From NCBI GenBank assembly GCA_050248855.1, contig JBFWRP010000012.1:32001-96000 (forward strand): a DNA stretch of 64,000 bases. Direction: 5' to 3'. The translations under genes and the position numbers were made by a program. Below are positions 49,067 through 56,789 of this stretch, piece by piece. The notes under the pieces were generated by a model that made no database searches, was not told the DNA's origin, and saw nothing but the letters and a program-made list of their open reading frames with translations. The stretch comes from Planctomycetota bacterium. Lineage in GTDB: Bacteria > Planctomycetota > PLA2 > JAEUHO01. How positions within the stretch are numbered: position 1 is the first letter of the stretch; each line of letters starts with the position of its first letter.

Positions 49067-49280
49067 CGGGATCTCCTGAGAGCACGGGCTCTGCGAGCCA
49101 GGCCGAGAGCGCAGAGCGCACGGCCGCGACGCCCCGGTGCGCGGCGAGGCGGTCCAGGAACGGGCCGATCGAGTCGCCGTCGAGGGGGTCTCGCGTGAAC
49201 ACGGGCGCGAGGGCCTTGCGGCACGGACGCGCCTCCGGGTGGCCGGCCCATGCGTTTCGGTCGGCTTCGCGGGCGGTCAC
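49050..49280 (-). CDS. Hypothetical protein
   Basis: GGAGG + GTG overlapping the upstream stop; fills the operon gap. Confidence 0.45.
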   Translation of the reverse strand: MTAREADRNAWAGHPEARPCRKALAPVFTRDPLDGDSIGPFLDRLAAHRGVAAVRSALSAWLAEPVLSGDPDGRQD

Positions 49281-49522
49281 GGGGGCGCCTCCGTGGTGGG
49301 GCCGGGGAGCCGGGCCGCCACCTGCGCGGGCCCGGGGAGCACACGGTCGAGGAGGTCGAGGGCCTCCAGCGCCTCGACGGGGACCACGGCGGCCACCGGG
49401 CGCCCGTGCCGCGTGATGACGACCCGGGCACGGTCCTCCTCGACGGCGCGGACCACGGCACGCAGCGTCGCCCGCAGGCGCCGGACGGAGACGGCCAGGG
49501 GGGGCAGCGCGGCGGGGCTCAT
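49277..49522 (-). CDS. Phd/YefM-family antitoxin-like protein
   Basis: VSVRRLRATLRAVVRAV...VVITRHGRPVAAVVP. Confidence 0.75.
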   Translation of the reverse strand: MSPAALPPLAVSVRRLRATLRAVVRAVEEDRARVVITRHGRPVAAVVPVEALEALDLLDRVLPGPAQVAARLPGPTTEAPP

Positions 49523-50004
49523 GCGTACACATCGCCGTCGTCGCCCGCGGAGTGTGTACGCGGTCCGTCCGAAGAATCAGGGCTCTGCCGGCCGTTCCGC
49601 AGGTTCGCCCGATCCCGTGAAAAAAGCGACACGCCCCCACGCGCGCTCGGGCGCCCCTCGGCGTGAGAGCTCGAATCCCCCCCCATCCGCCGCCGATCGG
49701 ACGCCGATTTGCGTGCGTGGCACGCGGTGCAGAGGGGCTGGAGGTTGGACCGCACGTAGGCGAGGTGGGGCGCAACGGACAGCGGGACGATGTGGTCGAC
49801 CTGCTTGGCGGGCTCGGTCAGGCCATGCCGTGCACACGGACGGCAGACTGGCTCGTCGCGTAGGACGCGCGCACGCACGGCCTGCCAGCGCACGGAGCCG
49901 TGGATGCGAGCTACGACCGGGTCGCGGCGGGTGCGGTTGTACTCGGCGTCGCCATGGCGGCGGCTACGGAGGATCCCAGCAAGCGTGCGCGGCTTCGAAG
50001 GCAT
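49519..50004 (-). CDS. HNH endonuclease (packaging-associated)
   Basis: WQAVRARVL, CRPC, VDHIVP, NLQPLCTACHARKS. Confidence 0.9.
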   Translation of the reverse strand: MPSKPRTLAGILRSRRHGDAEYNRTRRDPVVARIHGSVRWQAVRARVLRDEPVCRPCARHGLTEPAKQVDHIVPLSVAPHLAYVRSNLQPLCTACHARKSASDRRRMGGDSSSHAEGRPSARGGVSLFSRDRANLRNGRQSPDSSDGPRTHSAGDDGDVYA

Positions 50005-50093
50005 GGTGCCTCGGGGCGCGCCCGCTGGGATGAGCGCGAACCAATTCTACCATAACTACGCGCTACAAGCAGTTCCCGCTGGCAACGCGTCGC

Positions 50094-51614
50094 CTATCGC
50101 CCAGCGTCCACCGTGGGATCGTCGGGCAGTGCGATATCGCCTCGCGGCATCGGGTGGCCCGGCTGGCACGTTGCCCGCGTCAAGCGTTCCGCATACTGAA
50201 ACTGTGGGTCGAACTTTCCGAAGTGGCAAGCGACACACCTACTGGCAACGGGCGCCTCACGGGTGCGAATGAGTGGATCCCGCGCATGTGCCTCTCCTGG
50301 GCCGTGGCACGATTCGCAGCCTACGCCGCGGAGATGTGGCGGGGATGGCCCAGGCAGGAGGCCAGGAGTTGTCTCGCCGAGATCTGCTGTAACATGGCAG
50401 GCGTAGCAGTCCGGCCGGCCATCCTTGCCCAAGTTCGCCAGCGTCTCCATAGCGCTCGCGTGCTTCGTCGAGTTCCAGACTTCGCCCTCAGTTTGGTGAC
50501 ACTGTATGCACGTATCAGAACCGACGAATCCGTGATACTCGCGACCGCGGTGGTCAACCTTCGAGCGAAGCGAGATCATGTACTGCGCCAACCATAGCAT
50601 CCCGACATCCTCGGTCGGGGCGCCCGGGATATCTACGAGCGAGCTTGCATCGAGAACCCATGACGTGGTCAGCGGGACCACACCGACAGTCGAGGCATGC
50701 GTGGCAACGGGACCGGTCAAGCCATTGGGGTACTGCGCCGCACCGCGGTGGCCTGCCATCCTGAGACTGAGCCATACGAGTTGCCGCCCGATCGACTCTG
50801 TACGAACTACCACACCCTCGCCCAGTGTCGCCAAGCCAAGTCTCGTCTGCGCACCATAGTTCACGTCGATGACCACGACTCCCGCGCCCGACATCGAAGC
50901 CAACTTGAGCAGGCGGCGGCGTACAATCCCTTTTGCATGTAGGACAAGAACGCCAACCCGGTCCTCCGCACGGAGTTCTGTCAGCCACCTACTTAGCGGT
51001 TCCTCTGGCGCCATGACATTCGCGTGGCCTGCCTCAACTACGGACGTGACCCACACGCCTCGAGTTTCGCGCCATCGCGGAATGCCCCGCTCGGGGCCAT
51101 CGCGGAGGTTGAGACACGCCATGGGCAGGCCGATGCTGGCCAATTGCTCTGCTCGAGGGATCTCGTTGGGGCCTACGCACACAACGGCACAGCGTTCAAT
51201 TCGAAACAGCCGTACCATCGCGTCAAGCACAACCGCGTCCCACGGACCGTCCCCACCTGCCAGCCAGTTTCCGCCTTCGACGACGACAAGGTCATCGCTG
51301 CCGCCACGGAGGCCCTCAATGACACTCAGCCGACTCGCGCCGCCTCCCGAGCGACTGCCCCCGCAGCCGCACGGCTCCGCGGCGCCACTCATGGAGTGTG
51401 CCACAACTAACTGAACGCGGCTACCGCTCGCCAGCGAGCCCGAGCTGCCGCAACCGGAAGGGAACGCAAACCACGCGGCACACGCGAGGCCCGCCACTAC
51501 CAACGCGCGGCGGAGCAGCGCGCGGGGGCCAGCCGCTCTAGCGTTCGCCAGCACGGGCGCGATCCAACGCGCGCTTCGCCAACGCGGCGATTCGCGGTGA
51601 TGAACTGTGAGCAA
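50094..51614 (-). CDS. UshA/metallophosphoesterase-like domain (EPCGC) fused to a tetraheme c-type cytochrome; start uncertain
   Basis: HSMSGAAEPCGC..GGASR, VVEGGNW, VGPNE; CIQCH, CYACH, CESCH, CVACH. Confidence 0.8.
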   Translation of the reverse strand: MLTVHHRESPRWRSARWIAPVLANARAAGPRALLRRALVVAGLACAAWFAFPSGCGSSGSLASGSRVQLVVAHSMSGAAEPCGCGGSRSGGGASRLSVIEGLRGGSDDLVVVEGGNWLAGGDGPWDAVVLDAMVRLFRIERCAVVCVGPNEIPRAEQLASIGLPMACLNLRDGPERGIPRWRETRGVWVTSVVEAGHANVMAPEEPLSRWLTELRAEDRVGVLVLHAKGIVRRRLLKLASMSGAGVVVIDVNYGAQTRLGLATLGEGVVVRTESIGRQLVWLSLRMAGHRGAAQYPNGLTGPVATHASTVGVVPLTTSWVLDASSLVDIPGAPTEDVGMLWLAQYMISLRSKVDHRGREYHGFVGSDTCIQCHQTEGEVWNSTKHASAMETLANLGKDGRPDCYACHVTADLGETTPGLLPGPSPPHLRGVGCESCHGPGEAHARDPLIRTREAPVASRCVACHFGKFDPQFQYAERLTRATCQPGHPMPRGDIALPDDPTVDAGR

Positions 51615-52932
51615 GTCGATTCAACTCTTGCTCCGTGCCAGCGACAGGGCGCTCCAGCAAGAAGCGCAGCAGCGCGTCCAGCCCAAGTTCGGGCTCGCTG
51701 CCGACTGCAAGTGCTCTCAGCCCCATGACGTACAACTCTGCGGCACGCTCCTCGTCCTCGGGATGTCGCGCGAGCACGTTGCGAACCGCGCTGAAGTAAC
51801 TGATCGTCAGGAGGATGTCCTCGTGGGACGCCGGTACACGATCCGGTGTGATCGGAGACGCACGCTCGAGCACATCCAACCCAGTGACGTTCCCCAGATT
51901 CACGAGTGCAGTCCTTGCCACATCCGGGCTCTCTTCGTCGTTACAGAGAGCGCGTAGCCGTGCGACTGCCTTGAGATCGCCATCGCTCGCACCGCCGAGG
52001 CTCATGGCCAGATACATACCCGCCCCCCTGCGCATCGGGTCGTCAGCCCGAGTGTGCAGGGAATCGATCCACGCCTCGCGTTGCTCTGGCGAACTCGAAC
52101 TCATCCACTGGATCGTCGCAGACCCCAAGAATGCTAGTCCATCAGCGGTTCCGGAATCCCGCACCTCCTGAAACTCCGCGGCGACATCCATCGCAGTCTC
52201 CGCCAGCGCCCTTGCCGAGGCCGCATCCCGTGTCATAGCCTCCAACACTGCCGGGAAGAGAGTCGAGATTGTTCGTCGCTCTAGCCACAGTGGCAGCGCG
52301 GCACGCACTGCCGCTTGGGCCAAGGCCGGATTCACCTTCAGTAGTGCATCTAGACTCCGGGCGACCTGCGCCGCCGTGCTTGCGGAGGTCAGCGCCTCGC
52401 GAAGTGCCGTCAACTCGCTGCTGGGCCAGTCCCCCAGTCTGGCGACTAGCTGGTGGTGCGGATTGGAGGCCGCTCGCTTGAGTGCCTCTGCAGCGTAACT
52501 GCCGTACTGCGCGGCGAACGCCGGCGGAGGACTATCCAGTCGGAGCAAGAACTGCTCGACCAAGAAGACGTTTCGGACCTCCGAGTCGTCTCGTCCTAAG
52601 TCTTGCTGGAGTCGCTCCAGCAGCAGCGTGCACGCTCGCACGCGGTGGACGACTCCCAATCGAATCCTCTCCTCCAACTCGATGGCGGCCTCGGATCCGT
52701 CCGAAGTCGAGCCTATCAGCAAGGAGAGAAGATCGACCAGATCCCTCGCACCAGATCGAGGCCGCGATCCAACAAGCACAGGGTCCAGGGCTCCGGCGGC
52801 GCGGCCGTGCTCAGCCCGGCCCTCCATCCCGTCGATCGCCCCGCCGCCCGGGGCGCGGCGCCCACGCGATGTGAACGCGACGACACCAACTACGAGAACT
52901 AGCAGCAGCAAGGCTACCACCCTGATCTTCAT
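51538..52932 (-). CDS. Membrane-anchored alpha-helical (HEAT-like) protein
   Basis: MKIRVVALLLLVLVVGVVAF TM; EESPDVARTALVNLG, SSSPRIAALAKRAL. Confidence 0.6.
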   Translation of the reverse strand: MKIRVVALLLLVLVVGVVAFTSRGRRAPGGGAIDGMEGRAEHGRAAGALDPVLVGSRPRSGARDLVDLLSLLIGSTSDGSEAAIELEERIRLGVVHRVRACTLLLERLQQDLGRDDSEVRNVFLVEQFLLRLDSPPPAFAAQYGSYAAEALKRAASNPHHQLVARLGDWPSSELTALREALTSASTAAQVARSLDALLKVNPALAQAAVRAALPLWLERRTISTLFPAVLEAMTRDAASARALAETAMDVAAEFQEVRDSGTADGLAFLGSATIQWMSSSSPEQREAWIDSLHTRADDPMRRGAGMYLAMSLGGASDGDLKAVARLRALCNDEESPDVARTALVNLGNVTGLDVLERASPITPDRVPASHEDILLTISYFSAVRNVLARHPEDEERAAELYVMGLRALAVGSEPELGLDALLRFLLERPVAGTEQELNRLAHSSSPRIAALAKRALDRARAGER

Positions 52933-53005
52933 AGGGGCTCCATCGCACGCATCGCACAGCCAGCCACGCCCGAGGCGAACGGGAACGGACGAGGACGCGC
53001 AGGAG

Positions 53006-53446
53006 TCACTCCACCGCGAAGAAGTCCGGCGTTTGGGCACACTCGTCGCAACCACCCTGACCACCCTGGCAGTTCACCGTGATCCTCACGAACCCGGGCT
53101 GACCGAAGTAGAGACGGGCGCCTGCGGTGCACTTCGTATCACCCGGGCTTTGGGGGTCCGGCTGGCAACTGAAGGGCTGCGTGTAGGGCTGCTGCGACTG
53201 CCACACACAGCACTTGCATGACATGATGATGCACTGCTGCTGCGCGGGGTTGGGGGGGTTGTACGTGGCCACGTACCCGCAGGGTTCGTTGTTCGTGCAC
53301 TTCGTTGTGGTCGGAGTGGTGGATACCGATCCCGTGCCGGTCGCGGCCATGTTTTGGCAATCTTCTGCGGCGACCGAGCGGAGCGTCAGGCTGGCGGCGG
53401 ACACCAGGGTCACTGCGATCCCGATGGAGTAGATCACGCTCTTCAT
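53006..53446 (-). CDS. Secreted cysteine-rich protein (12 Cys)
   Basis: AGGAG RBS; signal peptide ending VAA; CKCC cluster. Confidence 0.8.
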   Translation of the reverse strand: MKSVIYSIGIAVTLVSAASLTLRSVAAEDCQNMAATGTGSVSTTPTTTKCTNNEPCGYVATYNPPNPAQQQCIIMSCKCCVWQSQQPYTQPFSCQPDPQSPGDTKCTAGARLYFGQPGFVRITVNCQGGQGGCDECAQTPDFFAVE

Positions 53447-53601
53447 GCTGCTCTCCTGTAGTCGATGACCGGACGGTCCGGCCTGTCTAGCCGCATACTA
53501 GCACGCCGCGCTTGGACTCTCGCACCATCATCACGGTCCGCGTCACGCTAACAACACCTTCACATCTCCGGCAGGCGGCGTACTCGGGCCTGCGCGGCAG
53601 C

Positions 53602-53703
53602 CGTCTCCCGAAGGGTCGCATTGGCTCCCAGAGGGGGTAAACACATCTGGCCGCGCCTGCCCTGCCACGTCTCCCGAAGGGTCGCATTGGCTCCCAGAGG
53701 GGG
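53602..53703. repeat. Two identical 36-bp repeats separated by 30 bp
   Basis: CGTCTCCCGAAGGGTCGCATTGGCTCCCAGAGGGGG at 53602-53637 and 53668-53703. Confidence 0.9.
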
Positions 53704-54209
53704 AGGCCTCGGCCGGCAGGCCGCTTCAAGACGGACGACCGGTCCCGCGCGGGCTGGCCGGCCCGCTGCAAGGCGGGCCGATGCCGTCAGCGTCCACCGC
53801 GCCCAATCCCAGTGCCCGACTTCCGGTGGCGGGGCGTCACCGCACCCCACGCTGCGCGAGCCGCCACCCGTCCGGGCCCGCTGCAGCATTCATCACCGCG
53901 CGGCCTACGGTGAAGTAGCGTGCGGCGTCGAAGGCATCGTGCCTCGGCTCGCGCCAATTGTAATCAGCCAACCACGGCCTGGCTGCTGCTGTGCTGGGCG
54001 TCGCGCACCCAGACTCGGGACCCGGGCAGGGCGCGTGGTGGGGTCTTGTGGCAGTGCACATCGGACTTGCGACTCAATCGAGGTGCGAGTACAAGGAACT
54101 ACGGCGTGAATGACCGACACTGATCGCGATCGATCGAGATGAAGAAGGACGTATGCGGGAACACAACTTGGCACCTAGGCTCTCGTCGCACCTCGTGAGC
54201 GGCGGGAGC

Positions 54210-54614
54210 GTGCGCCGCTGTGTCTCACTCGTCTTGGTCGCCGCGTGGGCGATGGCACTCGTCGCTCCGGCGGCTCAAGCGGACGAGTGTGACGCCTTGC
54301 TGCGATACGGGATCCGCGACGAGTACGACACACTGAGTGTGCGTCAGCACAGCAGGCAGGTCCGAGACTTCGTTCACCGGTCAGAGGCCACTACGTGGGA
54401 GGAACTTGTCCAGGAGGGTTCAAGTCTCGGCATTAGCATTGAGGGTATCGGCGGCTTGAGTTTCGGTGGTCACGACGCGCGCAGGTCCTTCAGCGAGTGG
54501 AAGTTCTCATACCTCGCCATGACCGACGAGGAGTTGCAGCAGTACGACAGCTATTCAGTGCGCGCGCGAACCGTTAGCCGTGAGTTTCGTCTCCATAGAT
54601 CCGACGCAGCCTGA
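54210..54614 (+). CDS. Hypothetical secreted protein, possibly truncated or frameshifted into 54580..54840
   Basis: Signal peptide ending AQA-DEC; lower-GC codon usage. Confidence 0.45.
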   Translation: MRRCVSLVLVAAWAMALVAPAAQADECDALLRYGIRDEYDTLSVRQHSRQVRDFVHRSEATTWEELVQEGSSLGISIEGIGGLSFGGHDARRSFSEWKFSYLAMTDEELQQYDSYSVRARTVSREFRLHRSDAA

Positions 54615-55092
54615 TGTCCTTGCCGGTCCGAAGCCGGGACTTGCAGTGCCTTTGATCCCGACCGCTCGGCAGTTCGCGCTGGCGAAAGCTGATCACCTCT
54701 CGAACATCTACTGGGTGCTGAGCGTCGGACGCGACACGATGCGTGGATACTATCTCAAACTCAACGGTGCGCCACCCGGGACCCAGATGACCCAACCCGT
54801 CATCTACGGGGTTATCCACTGGCGACGGCTGCCGAACTGACGGCGATCGTCGGGGTGGCTGGGGGCCGCGCGACCTACGTTGAGGGGCCTTCTCTGTCGG
54901 GCCGCGGCGGATGCTCTGCTGCACTGGGGGCGTGCTTCGCGCGATGGAGCAGCCGGTGGCCCCCGGCCTCTATGCCTTCGCCGTTGCCCGCCCGGCGTGT
55001 TGTGCGCCAGGACTCTCCCCTTGGAGCGCAGACCGGATCTCTCCGATCGTCACGTGCGCGTGCAGCGGCCAGTATCACACCGTCCAGCCGCC

Positions 55093-55554
55093 CTATTGGA
55101 GTTCGTGGGCGGTCACGACCGCGCTGCCGTCGCGCAACTCGACATCGGTCGTGAGCCCAGCGGCCTCCATCGCGACCGCGACGACGCCCGCCGCACGGAG
55201 GTCGGCCTCCTCGTCGCCCACGCCCTCTCCCACCTCGATGACCACGTGGCCATCGTCCAGCGGATGGCAGACCGCCGCGAAGCCAGGCGCCTCGGGGTTC
55301 CTGTCGAAGGCGCGGCACACGGCGCCCGCCGTGTCGCGCTCGACCTGCGTGATCCACCCGCGTGCCGCGAGTTCGCGGAACGCGACGCGCACGGCGTCGA
55401 GCAGTGGATTGCCGAGCCGTAGGCGGAGATCGCCGAGCAGCGCCTCCGCTTCGGCCCGGTCCGCGCAGAGGCACGCCATGCCGTCGCCGACGACCCACGG
55501 GTTCCCATCCACCATCTCGATGCGCAGCGGACCCGTCATGGGCGGCACGTTCAT
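55093..55554 (-). CDS. Hypothetical phage protein
   Basis: GGAGG RBS, ATGA coupling. Confidence 0.6.
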   Translation of the reverse strand: MNVPPMTGPLRIEMVDGNPWVVGDGMACLCADRAEAEALLGDLRLRLGNPLLDAVRVAFRELAARGWITQVERDTAGAVCRAFDRNPEAPGFAAVCHPLDDGHVVIEVGEGVGDEEADLRAAGVVAVAMEAAGLTTDVELRDGSAVVTAHELQ

Positions 55555-55793
55555 CGGCCACCTCCGTCGCGAGCTCGCAGCAGCAGCGTGCGCGCCGCCT
55601 CGACGCTGCGCGTCAGCGATGCGAGCTGTGCGTCGTAGGCGGTGAGGATCCCCACCGCCCCGAGCATGGCACGTTCGTCTAGCGCCGCGATGGCCTCCTC
55701 GGCCAGCTGCGCGATGGCGGCAGCCTCGTCGTGGGCGTCCACGAGCATGTGCCGCGCCGCGTCCATGAGCGTGCGCTCGGTGGCGGCGGTCAT
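55551..55793 (-). CDS. Hypothetical phage protein
   Basis: MTAATERTLMDAARH...; ATGA coupling. Confidence 0.55.
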   Translation of the reverse strand: MTAATERTLMDAARHMLVDAHDEAAAIAQLAEEAIAALDERAMLGAVGILTAYDAQLASLTRSVEAARTLLLRARDGGGR

Positions 55794-56059
55794 TGCGGGC
55801 CGCCTTCCACTTCGAGGTCGGCGCCCGTGATCTCGGTGCGCTTCTGCCAGTCGCGCTGCCCGGTCCAGACGCGCCCGTTGTAGGACACGCGAGCGATCGT
55901 CCTGTTCGCCGCGTTCCGCACGTCGGCGCTCTCCAGACCCCAGCCCGAGAAGCCGAGGTTGTTGCCGTCGAGGTACTCCCGGACGGCGCGGGAGGCGGCG
56001 GCGAGCGTGCCTACGCCCACCCACGTGCCCGGCGCGATGCGCACCTTGAGGGCGGTCAT
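55790..56059 (-). CDS. Hypothetical phage protein
   Basis: MTALKVRI...IARVSYNGRVW; ATGA coupling. Confidence 0.6.
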   Translation of the reverse strand: MTALKVRIAPGTWVGVGTLAAASRAVREYLDGNNLGFSGWGLESADVRNAANRTIARVSYNGRVWTGQRDWQKRTEITGADLEVEGGPQ

Positions 56060-56298
56060 CGCGCACCGCCCTTCGCGAGCGGCGCCCATACCGTGCGCAT
56101 GGCGTGGTCGGCCGTCGGTGCGCGGAAGGCGCGGGCCGTGCGGCGTTCACGCTTGAAGGCCGCCACCGCGTCCACGTAGGCGGCCTGCTGTACGGTCGTC
56201 CGATTCGTCATGTCGCGGAGGCGTCGCGCGCACGCCAGCGTGCGGTCAGCAGCCGCGCGCTCGCACGCGCTCTGCATGGTCTCGGGGTGGCGCGTCAC
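56056..56298 (-). CDS. Hypothetical phage protein
   Basis: Coupled GTGA/ATGA overlaps. Confidence 0.5.
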   Translation of the reverse strand: MTRHPETMQSACERAAADRTLACARRLRDMTNRTTVQQAAYVDAVAAFKRERRTARAFRAPTADHAMRTVWAPLAKGGAR

Positions 56299-56642
56299 TG
56301 TGCACCGCCCGTCGTCTTCGCGCGCGTCTGCAGGCCGAAGAACAGGAACCCGTTCCAGCTCGTGCCCGAGACCTCCTTCGCGATCGCAGAGAGGCTGCGC
56401 CAGGTCTTCCCCTCGTAGAGGAAGCCGGCGTCGAGGACCTGGACCTTCACCTCCTTGCCCTGGAACGTGCGGGTGAGGACCCCGCCGGGCCGGGGGAGGC
56501 GCGGGTCCCGCTCGCGCGGCGTCGAGGGGGCTGCCGCGGGCGCGGCCTCCTCCCTGGGCTGCGCCTTCGCCTTCGGGGCGGCCTTCTTCGCCGCCGCCTT
56601 CTTCCGGGCGGTCTTCTTCTTGCTGCTCTTCTTCTTGGCCAT
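56295..56642 (-). CDS. DUF2924 domain protein
   Basis: RDPRLPRPGGVLTRTFQG...GFLYEGKTWRSLSAIAKEVSGTSWNGFLFFGL; Lys-rich N-terminus. Confidence 0.88.
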   Translation of the reverse strand: MAKKKSSKKKTARKKAAAKKAAPKAKAQPREEAAPAAAPSTPRERDPRLPRPGGVLTRTFQGKEVKVQVLDAGFLYEGKTWRSLSAIAKEVSGTSWNGFLFFGLQTRAKTTGGAQ

Positions 56643-56789
56643 CGTCAGGGGTCTCCTTGCCGCGGGGGCTCTCCCCACCGCACGGGTCGCATCAGGGCTC
56701 TGGTCGGGGGGCACCTCAAGAGGATTCGACCGGCTCCGAAGCCCTGAAATCAGGGCCTCGGTGGCCGCTAGGGGCTTGGAAGGGGCCCC

